Virus record (IMG/VR): IMGVR_UViG_3300022745_000030
Location: 5,334 to 69,333 of that record
Origin: a virus
Reading direction: 5' to 3' (one strand)
Length of the DNA stretch: 64,000 nt
In this document: in pieces, positions 19,603 to 28,988 of the stretch
How positions within the stretch are numbered: the first letter of the stretch is position 1
How the letters are laid out: each line of letters begins with the position of its first letter
Translations under genes and position numbers: made by a program
The notes under the pieces: model-generated
Told to the model about the DNA's origin: nothing
Databases searched by the model: none
Seen by the model: only the letters and a program-made list of their open reading frames with translations

Positions 19603-22600
19603 ACCACGCTATTATCTGTGTGAGCAAGACAAGCAACTCCTGGAGGGAATGCACCGCAGGAGTAAGTCTGACCCACCACGACCAATTGCGGCTAGGGCTG
19701 AACCGATCGAGAAGTCTGAGGCGGATTCGTACTATGCGCTTCCGCCTTGCGATACCGGGATTCCCCGTGCATCTACAGAATTTGTAGGCGCGCCTGGGCT
19801 ACTTCCCGGTAGGGCGTCATGCTGCCTATACAAACTCAACCGCGAAACAGGGATACTTGATCCGTATGTGGACGACAGTGGGGTACCATACCGTGCGACT
19901 GTACACAATCCCACGGACTTTAGTATCATCGACATGGTACCTATCTCGCAGACGCGAGAAGGCGACTGGGTGGCTATGCCTATCCTTGGGCAAAATGCGT
20001 TGCAATCGCTTATCAATGCAAGCACCACCCAACCCCCTGTCACTACGATTGGGCCGAATAGTCCTCTCTGCGAGGGGGAATGTCTATGGACAGAAGATGG
20101 CACCGGCAAATGGGCAGCGGTAACCGGGGGATGTCGCAACACGTCCACCACGTCGAGCACCGCTCCGCCCACAACGATTGTACCATCAACAAGCACATCT
20201 AGCACGTCCACGACTACACTCAACCCCTGTTACCCGTACGGATGTACTCTCAAATGCGTTCGGGTATCCACCACAACCGGCGCCCCAGGAACCAGCACCA
20301 CTCCAGGTCCAGCGAATACCGGCTTAGTTTACCAGCAAGACGGGGCAGGTTGTGCGGGTGGTTGCACCTGTTATGGCGCAGGGGACCCATGCTTCCTGGA
20401 AGGCGCAACCATTGATTCTCGGTGCCTGTATGTCTCACCGACTACATCCAGCACCCCGCGACCCACAACCACGCCTTGGCCGGATGAAGCGTGCCAGATT
20501 GTAGGCAACGCTTTCGGTGCCGCATACACGAATATCTATCGCGCGGCGCTGAATGTCCGAGATACCGCCGCAGGGTGGAAGGTATGCCAAGACTGCCCCG
20601 ATGGGACTGTACCATACAATTACCCACAAGCCGCAGTACATTCTGACGCAGCCAATACCTTTGAAAGTACATTCGATCGCCTGGAATTGGCGGAAGACGA
20701 CAGCGCTCCCACCTCTTCGGGTAAGAAGGGCGCGTGGCTTTTTGAGTCACCCTGTGTGTTCCCAGCCTGCCAAAACTTGGCGCCGCCACCTTCGGGAATG
20801 GCGCGGTTCACAGTAACAGATACCCAGAACATGCACTTGCGAACAGCGGCGCAGCTACTGGGATCGATTCGCCCTGGTACCCGTCTATACGAGTATCTAT
20901 CTAAGATCGCTTCCGAGGGAGGTGATGTAAATTTCAGCATCTTCCAGAAAACCAGCGTCTACGGGTTAGACTCGCTCCTGAGTGCGGAGCTACTTGGAAG
21001 AGAGCTACCTGTTTCTATAAACGAATGCGTATCCTGCCCCAGTGGTACCCGCGTAAAGTTCTCGCCGATGGATACCATCAGCTATAGCCCAGGACCTGTC
21101 AAGGGGGGCTTTCTGCGGCAAGCCCACAACACGGATGGTATCGACGATGACGCAAACATCTACAATGTAAACAGCGTCGTACGCTACGTCATCGATGTTC
21201 CGTGTGTTTCTGGGCTATCTTGTGATGTATGTCCTCCCGTTCGTATCCTGGAACCACTAGCTAATACATCGGTAACCCTGGGCACCACAACTACCACATC
21301 ATCTACCCGGCCACCCTGCGGCTGCATTCCGCCTGATTTCTGCCCGGCAACCGGGCAATGCGTACGCACAGGATGTGTACCCGGTGGCGCGGGATATGGA
21401 ACCGTGACCACCAAGATGCCGCAATGCCCGACCACGGCACCCCCAACGGGTGCGTGCTTTAACGGCATCCGGTGGTGCAATTGCTACGCTTCTACATCGT
21501 CCACCTCGTCTACATCGTCCACCTCTACCCAGCCGCCGAGTGCGTTCAAATGCACATGGCGATGCCTGAATAATGATACTGGGGGTTATTCAGCTACGCT
21601 GATCTATACCAACACAGGCTACCCGACGTGCTACAAATGTGTCAAGCCTACTTGTACCGGTTGCGGTATTGTCATTACGGACGGCACCTATGACCAGACG
21701 CTGTGCTCCACCACTACCTCGGGACCACCTACCAGTACCTGTAGTCCCCCTTCTGGGTCTTGTAAATGGGCTGCCGATCCTGACGGATTCGATTCATCCG
21801 GTATGCCTATCTCATTCAAATGGCGATCTGTTGGTACAGGCATCATAAATCTGTTCCCGTGCAATCCTAGCGATCGTCCGCCGTTGTATGCTGGTACCCA
21901 GTGCAATTGCTGCCGTCCTCCTAACTCGCCCCCAGGGAGCATTTGCGAGACTGCCTATACACCATGCGAAGCCTGTGGCCCGCAACGTGACGACTGTGGT
22001 TGCTGCCAGGGCAACGCCTGCGATAAGGTATGTCGCTACAAGGGCGATGGTTCTGGTTGGTGGATTATTATGTCTAACCCATGCTCGGGTCCTTGCCCTT
22101 GCCCGCTGCCTAATTTCCCGTCAAAGGATAGCTGTGATACGGTGCAATACAAGTGCGGTACCGTAGTCACATCAACGACGAGCAGTACCCCGGCACCCGT
22201 TGGAATGTGCTGTCTCTATGGCGATGTGGCCCACACGGTTCCTCACGGCAGCGCCTGCCCTAAGACAAATGCGGAATGTGCCTCCCTGGCGGCCTCGTAC
22301 GGTCCATATTACATCTGGACAGCCGGGGCACCTTGCGGCACAGTATGCTCCACATCAACCACTTCGTCAACCTCGACATCGAGCACCCCAGCCCCTACAG
22401 GTCGATGCTGTCTGTTTAACGCAGATGGTACTGCGATCGCTACCGGGACAACTGGGTGCGTGGATGGTAAGACCGCAGCCGAATGCGTTCCTGGACTTCT
22501 GGGAGCACCTCGCGTGATTTGGACAGCGGGCGCTACCTGCACCATCATTACGGGTGTGGGGTGCCCAACGTCTACTACCCCGGTGCCCACCGGTAAGTGT

Positions 22601-22927
22601 TGTCGGTACACCGACTACACTTACACGGTACCGGTGACTTGCGACGAGGGCGTTACCCAGGCAGACTGTGCTGGATTCTCGGTTCCGTACCACTGGTCTA
22701 ACGGTAGCGTTTGCTTTGGTACACTAACCGAAAGCTGTCCGACGAGTACGACTACCACCACGACATCGACTACGACAAACACAACAACCAACACCACAGC
22801 AACACCACCTACTGGCGCCTGCTGTATAAACGGTATCTGTGTGCAGACGTATGCCGGTATCTGCGGTGCTAATGGCGGTACTTGGTTCGGTGGTACCTGT
22901 GCCGGGGTAGTTTGCCCGGAAGTGTAG
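19595..22927 (+). CDS. Cys-rich/Thr-Ser-rich tail or receptor-binding protein
   Basis: 1110 aa; Cys-dense modules (repeated P-T/V-G-x-C-C) separated by TTSST-type linkers; last gene of the tail module. Confidence 0.75.
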   Translation: MPEPRYYLCEQDKQLLEGMHRRSKSDPPRPIAARAEPIEKSEADSYYALPPCDTGIPRASTEFVGAPGLLPGRASCCLYKLNRETGILDPYVDDSGVPYRATVHNPTDFSIIDMVPISQTREGDWVAMPILGQNALQSLINASTTQPPVTTIGPNSPLCEGECLWTEDGTGKWAAVTGGCRNTSTTSSTAPPTTIVPSTSTSSTSTTTLNPCYPYGCTLKCVRVSTTTGAPGTSTTPGPANTGLVYQQDGAGCAGGCTCYGAGDPCFLEGATIDSRCLYVSPTTSSTPRPTTTPWPDEACQIVGNAFGAAYTNIYRAALNVRDTAAGWKVCQDCPDGTVPYNYPQAAVHSDAANTFESTFDRLELAEDDSAPTSSGKKGAWLFESPCVFPACQNLAPPPSGMARFTVTDTQNMHLRTAAQLLGSIRPGTRLYEYLSKIASEGGDVNFSIFQKTSVYGLDSLLSAELLGRELPVSINECVSCPSGTRVKFSPMDTISYSPGPVKGGFLRQAHNTDGIDDDANIYNVNSVVRYVIDVPCVSGLSCDVCPPVRILEPLANTSVTLGTTTTTSSTRPPCGCIPPDFCPATGQCVRTGCVPGGAGYGTVTTKMPQCPTTAPPTGACFNGIRWCNCYASTSSTSSTSSTSTQPPSAFKCTWRCLNNDTGGYSATLIYTNTGYPTCYKCVKPTCTGCGIVITDGTYDQTLCSTTTSGPPTSTCSPPSGSCKWAADPDGFDSSGMPISFKWRSVGTGIINLFPCNPSDRPPLYAGTQCNCCRPPNSPPGSICETAYTPCEACGPQRDDCGCCQGNACDKVCRYKGDGSGWWIIMSNPCSGPCPCPLPNFPSKDSCDTVQYKCGTVVTSTTSSTPAPVGMCCLYGDVAHTVPHGSACPKTNAECASLAASYGPYYIWTAGAPCGTVCSTSTTSSTSTSSTPAPTGRCCLFNADGTAIATGTTGCVDGKTAAECVPGLLGAPRVIWTAGATCTIITGVGCPTSTTPVPTGKCCRYTDYTYTVPVTCDEGVTQADCAGFSVPYHWSNGSVCFGTLTESCPTSTTTTTTSTTTNTTTNTTATPPTGACCINGICVQTYAGICGANGGTWFGGTCAGVVCPEV

Positions 22928-22929
22928 TC

Positions 22930-22958
22930 TTGACACAAACAGCAGTTTAGGTTATGAT
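22930..22958 (+). promoter_or_regulatory. Sigma70-type promoter for the glycosyltransferase gene
   Basis: TTGACA-17 bp-TATGAT, then GAGGA RBS before the ATG at 22997. Confidence 0.75.
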
Positions 22959-22996
22959 AAGTGCCGCTTATTTCGTAGCACTTATCAGAGGAAATA

Positions 22997-25039
22997 ATGA
23001 GCAAACCTAAACTTACTGTCGGCATGGCAACGTACTCGGACTTCGATGGAACCTTTTTCTCCATCCAGGCCGCCCGGATGTACCAAGATGTCGAAGACGT
23101 TGAATTCCTGGTCATCGATAACAACCCGGACAGCGAATACGGTGAAGCAACCAGGGGATTTTGCCAAAGCGCATCTTCCCGGCACAGTCCTATCCGGTAC
23201 ATCCCGTATACCGAGAATACCGGCACCACCCAAACCCGGCAACGACTTTTCGATCACGCTGAGGGCGACTGGGTCTTGGTTATGGATTGCCACGTTCTCC
23301 TGGAAGCCGGAGCCCTGGCAGCCCTCAAGCATTTCTATGCGAATTGCAGCCAGGACGAAATCAAGGACCTGTATACCGGCCCCCTATTGATGGACTCCCT
23401 CAAATTCCAGCAGAGCCATTTCGAGCCCGAATGGCGGGAACAAATGCTGGGCACCTGGGCAACCGCGTGGATTAATCCCGAGGGCGTCTACAAGGTAGGA
23501 CGCAACGTGGACAACATGCTGGAACTCAAGACCCTGAACACAGACGGACCTTGGGAAGCAACCAACATCCCATACGCCGGGCACGAAAACGTGCTCTACG
23601 ACACCGGGTACCGAATCGCCGGATGGGGAAGCGATACTACCCCATTCGAAGTCCCAGGCCAAGGTCTCGGGATGTTCTCGTCTGCCAAGGAACATTGGCT
23701 GGGATTCAATCCGCATTTCCGATCGTTCGGTGGCGAAGAAATCTACATCCACTGGAAGTACAAGAAAGCTGGACGTAAGACCACTTGCTTGCCATTCCTC
23801 AAGTGGAATCACCGATTCGGGCGCGTCGGAGGACCCAAGTACCCGATCACCGTCGAAGGCAAGATGCGTAACTATATCCTGGGTTACCAGGAACTGGGTA
23901 TGGATCTTGAGCCCGTCCGCGCACACTTCGTCGATAATCAAGGCGTCAATCCCAAGGTTTGGGAATACGTCATCGCGGACCCGATCAACTTTGACCCGAT
24001 GGACAACCCATTCCGCAAGAACCATCCAAATACGTTCATGCACAACATCAAACCAGAAGCTAAGAGCAACCTCGGTATGCCTCTTCCGCTTGTGTTCGAC
24101 AACCTGCAAACGATCGCTCTGTTCCTGCAAACCGAGGGTGCCCGAGACCTGGACAAGCACGCTCCTATGCTGTACGCACTCGCAAGCGAGTGCGAATCGG
24201 CAGTCGAGGTAACCAAACGACGAGAAAGCACCGCTTTCCTTCTCGCCGGGTTATCACGTCGTCGCAAATGCGACGACGGCGAGTGCTTGGTGTCCGGGTG
24301 CAAGAAAACCTGCGTAGCCCCTGCTACCCTGCATTCCTACCAGGAAGAACGCGATAGCCTTCTCAGCTTGCTAGCGAGCGCGGTAAGTACGACAGCCGGG
24401 CGACATCTTACCTACACGGATTACGCAGTGCAACTGGACAACCCACCGGCGATCCAGGGCGAACACGATCTCCTGTTCATCGACACCCGGCATACTTACA
24501 ACCGCGCTCGCGCAGAACTTCAAGTGTATGCTCCGCACATTAAGAAGTACATTGTGATGCACGATACCGCAGCCTCGGGACTCAAAGGCGACGACGGGGA
24601 AAAGGGTTTGCTGTTTGCTATCCGGGACTTCCTCCAAGACAATCCTGAATGGTTTGTTCTCCACCATACCCCAGAGCAGTACGGCTTGACCGTACTTTGC
24701 CGTCTGGAAGAGAAGCGACCGGAAACCCCGATCGTTATTTGGCCGAAGTCGGATGCCCAGGGTAACGCCTGCGGTGCCGGCCAGCAACTCAAAAAGCAAC
24801 TCAAGCGACTCGGCTTCGAGGCTACCGAGGGCTGTTCCTGCAATCTCAAGGCAGCCGAAATGGATGCCAAGGGGCCGCAGTGGTGCCGGGATAACATCGA
24901 GGAACTTCTCGATTGGCTAAAGAAAGAAGCGGACGCAAGAAACCGGGGATTCTTGTTCATCCGTCCCGTGGTTAAGCGGGTCTTGCTCCATGCCATCCGG
25001 GAAGCCGAGAAGGAAGCCGCAGCGGGCAAGTGCTACTGA
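22997..25039 (+). CDS. GT2 glycosyltransferase fused to a SAM methyltransferase-like domain and a Cys-containing C-terminal domain
   Basis: LTVGMATY, LVIDN, VLVMDCHV and FGGEE (GT-A); DLLFIDTRHTY...YIVMHDT (Methyltransf_24-like); C-terminal CGAG..LK...CSCN...WC. Confidence 0.85.
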   Translation: MSKPKLTVGMATYSDFDGTFFSIQAARMYQDVEDVEFLVIDNNPDSEYGEATRGFCQSASSRHSPIRYIPYTENTGTTQTRQRLFDHAEGDWVLVMDCHVLLEAGALAALKHFYANCSQDEIKDLYTGPLLMDSLKFQQSHFEPEWREQMLGTWATAWINPEGVYKVGRNVDNMLELKTLNTDGPWEATNIPYAGHENVLYDTGYRIAGWGSDTTPFEVPGQGLGMFSSAKEHWLGFNPHFRSFGGEEIYIHWKYKKAGRKTTCLPFLKWNHRFGRVGGPKYPITVEGKMRNYILGYQELGMDLEPVRAHFVDNQGVNPKVWEYVIADPINFDPMDNPFRKNHPNTFMHNIKPEAKSNLGMPLPLVFDNLQTIALFLQTEGARDLDKHAPMLYALASECESAVEVTKRRESTAFLLAGLSRRRKCDDGECLVSGCKKTCVAPATLHSYQEERDSLLSLLASAVSTTAGRHLTYTDYAVQLDNPPAIQGEHDLLFIDTRHTYNRARAELQVYAPHIKKYIVMHDTAASGLKGDDGEKGLLFAIRDFLQDNPEWFVLHHTPEQYGLTVLCRLEEKRPETPIVIWPKSDAQGNACGAGQQLKKQLKRLGFEATEGCSCNLKAAEMDAKGPQWCRDNIEELLDWLKKEADARNRGFLFIRPVVKRVLLHAIREAEKEAAAGKCY

Positions 25040-25049
25040 TCGCTGAGGC

Positions 25050-25086
25050 AAAGAAAAAGCCCCGCTTTCGCGGGGCTTTTTCGTTT
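25050..25086. terminator. Bidirectional terminator between the two convergent genome arms
   Basis: AAAGAAAAAGCCCCGC-TTTC-GCGGGGCTTTTTCGTTT. Confidence 0.85.
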
Positions 25087-25088
25087 GG

Positions 25089-25844
25089 TTACCAGTCGCC
25101 CAGGAAGGATGCCGTGGGCTGTTTCTTACCCTCTTCCAGCACCCAGAGTGCCTCTTGGGTATACCGGGGAACCAGTGGCCCGGTTGACCGGGAAACCGGC
25201 ACCCGTTCATACCACTTCTCGCAGGCGTAGCCTTCGCTGTGCCCGGAAGCGTGGTCGCCCTGCGTCAATTCCCACATATAGACATAGTGGTTGCCTGCAT
25301 CGCCTGGATCTCCACCGAACTTCCGCATCCGGCCCAGAGCCTGTTGATCGAACGATACCTGACGACATTCATCGAATCCGCCCATATCGTTGTACAGTTG
25401 CCGGGTAAGGGCGCTGCTTGCCCAGAACCGGCCCCCAGTTTCCTCGGTGCGAAGTGCTTGCCCGTATGTGGAGAACACCCAGCTAGGGTGATTCCACTTG
25501 CTTCCTCCGATCAACATCACGTTAGCGTGGTGCAGTAGATGCTTCGGGAAATAGAGATCGTCGTCATCCCAGATCGCGATCGCATCCCATTCGATGCCTG
25601 CGTCGGTCGCTTCTTTGACCATCGCATTGTACTTGGCACCCATCGTCGAAAACCGGGTATCGGATGTAAACACCGAGATACCTTGTTTCCAATCATGCAT
25701 GGGTTCCAGGCGATTCGCCGCTGGGCGATCGTCCATGATGACCAAGTGTTTGTCGCCGTACGTTTGATGCAGGAACTGCATCACAGCGTTTTCAGTAAGT
25801 TCTTGCCGGTGATTATACACCGGGCATAAGCATAGAAATTTCAT
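25089..25844 (-). CDS. GT2 glycosyltransferase
   Basis: CLCPVYN, FLHQTY, LVIMDD and AIWDDDDLY GT-A motifs; start MKFLCLC at 25844. Confidence 0.85.
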   Translation of the reverse strand: MKFLCLCPVYNHRQELTENAVMQFLHQTYGDKHLVIMDDRPAANRLEPMHDWKQGISVFTSDTRFSTMGAKYNAMVKEATDAGIEWDAIAIWDDDDLYFPKHLLHHANVMLIGGSKWNHPSWVFSTYGQALRTEETGGRFWASSALTRQLYNDMGGFDECRQVSFDQQALGRMRKFGGDPGDAGNHYVYMWELTQGDHASGHSEGYACEKWYERVPVSRSTGPLVPRYTQEALWVLEEGKKQPTASFLGDW

Positions 25845-26068
25845 AGACACTCGTTTACCCAAAAAGGTGAAAGAACAACGCAGTAGAAAACCAGTCCAAT
25901 GGTTCCCGCCGCCACACAGAAGTCACTTGCAAGATCGATCGCCTTCGCCGTGTTCGGTAGGCTACCGGCATCTTGGCAGTACGCCGCTAGGATATTGCCT
26001 CCTAGACCCAGGATTATTGACAACAATCCCCCGCAGCCAATCAAGGCCAAAACCTTTAACTTACTCAT
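25841..26068 (-). CDS. Small membrane protein
   Basis: Two hydrophobic segments; coupled to its neighbours. Confidence 0.5.
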   Translation of the reverse strand: MSKLKVLALIGCGGLLSIILGLGGNILAAYCQDAGSLPNTAKAIDLASDFCVAAGTIGLVFYCVVLSPFWVNECL

Positions 26069-26243
26069 TCCTTTTCTCCAAAGTGAAGGCCACTAGGCAG
26101 CAAACCAAGCCACCTAAAAACAAGAACCCCAGAAAGGGGTTCTTTGAATCCAGTATACACCCGACACAGCCGCTGATAAAGCATGTGTCAGCAAGAATGA
26201 AGCATAACAGTATTTTAGTATGCCTCGAATGGGCGGATTTCAT
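26061..26243 (-). CDS. Small membrane protein
   Basis: Two hydrophobic segments; overlaps its neighbours by a few codons. Confidence 0.45.
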   Translation of the reverse strand: MKSAHSRHTKILLCFILADTCFISGCVGCILDSKNPFLGFLFLGGLVCCLVAFTLEKRNE

Positions 26244-26484
26244 CTGGCAACGGTCCTTTCCACCCAGAGAAATCTACCCGGTCGCTGGGGTGCCATAGAG
26301 GCATCCCTTGTTCTGCTCGCTTGCGAAGAATCTCAACTTTCTCCTGGGAGCCCGGCAGCGCGTCCGTTGGTGCGAAATAGTTCGATGGATCTGGGTCACC
26401 GAACACCAGAATAGCAGTTTCTTCGTCCTCTGGCAGAAATACCTCGGGACCGGGTAACTGATGTGGGGGTTTCTTGCCGGTCAT
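26215..26484 (-). CDS. Conserved hypothetical protein resembling a planctomycete family
   Basis: PTDALPGSQEKVEILRKRAEQGMPLWHPSDR motif, recognised from memory only. Confidence 0.7.
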   Translation of the reverse strand: MTGKKPPHQLPGPEVFLPEDEETAILVFGDPDPSNYFAPTDALPGSQEKVEILRKRAEQGMPLWHPSDRVDFSGWKGPLPDEIRPFEAY

Positions 26485-26486
26485 AG

Positions 26487-27149
26487 TTACGCCTTACTGT
26501 ATCCTTTGGGGCACTCGAACTTGATCCCGAAACGCGAAGAGAACTTCTCGATGCGTTTTTCGAGCACTTCCTTAGTAGGGTGGTAACTGGTGATGCGGGC
26601 TTTGGTTATCCCGGATGTCAGTTTCATCCAGTCGAACTCGTTCTGAAATTTGTGATGGATGATAAGACTTTCTCGCGATGGACTCAGGATCGCATAGCCT
26701 TGGTTGATGTCGAAATCGAAGTTGTCAATCAACTGACCGGGTGTCGTAGCTTTGCTAATCATTACCTGGATCTCAGGGTAATTTGGATTACCGGTATCCT
26801 CTAAACCTGCCACAAGGATATTCCCGGAGCGAGCGTAATTCATACAATCCTCCCAGCATATTGGGATGGTGTGGAAGCCCGCCTCTACCAGCTTTTCTGC
26901 AAATACCACATCGTCTGCTTCTCCCATGATGTGATTATAGCCCAACACAAAGATGTCGATGTCGCGGGTGAATGCGTTTTCCCGGTTGCCGTATTCACGG
27001 AGCATAAAATCCCGGACACAGCCCCCTGCCGCTACTACCGTAGGATTGAATCTCCCTCGGAGAAGAAAGGCGCTGTCGATGACCTTCTGCACTTTGTTGA
27101 GGGCGTTCAGGATACCGAGATGCTCATAAGGATCTACTACAATTTCCAT
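26487..27149 (-). CDS. tRNA nucleotidyltransferase/poly(A) polymerase head-like protein
   Basis: AAGGCVRD, RDIDIF and FDFDIN motifs. Confidence 0.8.
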   Translation of the reverse strand: MEIVVDPYEHLGILNALNKVQKVIDSAFLLRGRFNPTVVAAGGCVRDFMLREYGNRENAFTRDIDIFVLGYNHIMGEADDVVFAEKLVEAGFHTIPICWEDCMNYARSGNILVAGLEDTGNPNYPEIQVMISKATTPGQLIDNFDFDINQGYAILSPSRESLIIHHKFQNEFDWMKLTSGITKARITSYHPTKEVLEKRIEKFSSRFGIKFECPKGYSKA

Positions 27150-27150
27150 T

Positions 27151-27708
27151 CTATACCTCGATCACATTCCCCCGAACGAATTCGGGCACATGGGTTACCG
27201 CAATGATCTGCACCCCTAGCTCCTTTGCCAGGGAATCCAACAGATCAACAAAGTTTCCTCGGTACTGCTTGGACAAGAACCTTGCGGGCTCGTCCAAGAT
27301 CAGAATCTTCTCGGGAGATGGGCGTTGCAGCATCAGGCAGGCTAACCTCAACCCGAATGCCACCACGTCCATAACCCCGCCACCGGTACTCTCCACCGGG
27401 TCGTACTCATTGCCAGAAGCATCGGTGAGTACACACCGGGCCTCGGTCTGGTTCCGCTTCTCTTCGAATACAAGCCTGAACTTGTATTTGGAGTCCGGGA
27501 ATACCGCTGTGAGGCACCGTGTAACTACGTTACTGATTCGTTCCTGGCACCGGGTTTGGCACAACACGGCTGCGGCCTGGAGCGAAGCTAGTGCTTCTTT
27601 GCAGGCCGAATACCGGTACTCGTTCTTGGCGTGCTGTGCCTGGGCCGCCGTGTGCTCTGCTTTGGCTACTTGATAGCGAAGCGACCACTTAGATATTTGC
27701 GATTGCAT
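27151..27708 (-). CDS. Rad50/SbcC C-terminal half
   Basis: Signature-like STGGG, Walker B LILDEP, H-loop VTH; likely start MQSQISK. Confidence 0.85.
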   Translation of the reverse strand: MQSQISKWSLRYQVAKAEHTAAQAQHAKNEYRYSACKEALASLQAAAVLCQTRCQERISNVVTRCLTAVFPDSKYKFRLVFEEKRNQTEARCVLTDASGNEYDPVESTGGGVMDVVAFGLRLACLMLQRPSPEKILILDEPARFLSKQYRGNFVDLLDSLAKELGVQIIAVTHVPEFVRGNVIEV

Positions 27709-27931
27709 CCCCGTACTCCTGCATAAATGCAGCATGGGCTGCGTCATACTCTTTGTTCTTGGCGTCGTAGTTCGCGCGAAGATCGGCGAGAATAGCACTC
27801 GCCTCTTCAATGGTACTGACGCCGAACTCGTCTCGCAACTGGGAAAGCACTGCTTCCCGTTTGCCTTTGAGCCGGTTGACTTCGCTATCGAGTTTTTTCA
27901 GTTTCTCTTGCAGACTAGCTACGGCATCCAC
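27689..27931 (-). CDS. Coiled-coil protein associated with split Rad50
   Basis: 80-aa heptad-rich ORF next to the Rad50 C-half. Confidence 0.7.
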   Translation of the reverse strand: MDAVASLQEKLKKLDSEVNRLKGKREAVLSQLRDEFGVSTIEEASAILADLRANYDAKNKEYDAAHAAFMQEYGDAIANI

Positions 27932-28059
27932 AATTTTTGGCCTTTATGTTACAGGTCTTCGGGTCATTTGAATACGGGCAGGATACCTGGGTCCCGCCGC
28001 CCAGTTCGGGCGGCATCGATCCAATTACCTCGCCACAGTCACGGCAAACGATTGCCGTA

Positions 28060-28962
28060 CTATTTACGGTAGATGTGGTCCCGGAGTTCTCGGAAGATTT
28101 CTCGGGGTCCTGGGTTTGACTCATTCTCAAGCCTCTTGATTACGTCTTCGAACGAAATGCTGTCCACCGATAGGCTCGCCAATTCAGACATCAGCGCCTC
28201 GGTTTCCTGTGACTTCTGGGTCTCTCCTACCTCGTCAAGTACACTTTGTACCCATTTCTTCTGCTCCGTGCAAGGGAGCAATTGGATTGAACCGTCTTCC
28301 ATGAGAAGACCTTCTCGCGGTTCGTGGTCGATCTGTGCCTTGGTAGTCGAAAACAGGCTGCCGTGGTTGAAGAACTTCCCGGCTTTCCAGGGGATGTGGT
28401 TATCCCCGATGACCACGGCATCGAAGTGATCGTTACACCAGGAAAGGGACGCCACGTTGTCCGAATCAGCGGCGCCCACGTACCCGGTTTCCTTGGTTAC
28501 CCAGGCGTACTTGTGCATGACACCAAGGCGTACCTTCGCGTGGTCTTTCGCATCGAGTTTGGGGGGATCGTACGCCCCCCACGGCATAGCGTAAACGCAC
28601 AGCCCTTTCGATATGTGTGTCCACTCCCCGGCAGGAAGGTTGTGGATACGGCCTGCCTTTTCCAGGGCACCGTAGGCACCCATGCTCCGGGCTTCCAGTC
28701 GGTGCTGGGGGAGATCGTGCTGCCCTGGGATTGCCCAGATGCTGGGCATGTGATCCATGCACCAGGATACCAACTCACTAGGCGGATTCCACCGATCGAA
28801 GATGTCGCCAGCGACGATGATCGGCACATTGTAGTCGCTGCTAATCGCCTGCATGTATTCCATGCGATCCCGCATCACGGTGAACCAATCGGGTTCTGCT
28901 CGGGATTGCGGGGTGGTTACGCGAAGGTGCCAGTCACTGGAAAGAATTGCTAAGGGTTTCAT
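28060..28962 (-). CDS. Mre11/SbcD-like metallophosphoesterase nuclease
   Basis: SDWH, AGDIFD, PGQHD, GDNH and NHGS motifs. Confidence 0.9.
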   Translation of the reverse strand: MKPLAILSSDWHLRVTTPQSRAEPDWFTVMRDRMEYMQAISSDYNVPIIVAGDIFDRWNPPSELVSWCMDHMPSIWAIPGQHDLPQHRLEARSMGAYGALEKAGRIHNLPAGEWTHISKGLCVYAMPWGAYDPPKLDAKDHAKVRLGVMHKYAWVTKETGYVGAADSDNVASLSWCNDHFDAVVIGDNHIPWKAGKFFNHGSLFSTTKAQIDHEPREGLLMEDGSIQLLPCTEQKKWVQSVLDEVGETQKSQETEALMSELASLSVDSISFEDVIKRLENESNPGPREIFRELRDHIYRK

Positions 28963-28988
28963 GGGGATTTGTCCTTGGGGTTGAAGGC

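Noticed and set aside
19595-22927. Diversity-generating retroelement target
   Set aside because: No reverse transcriptase and no template/variable repeat pair seen in the window.
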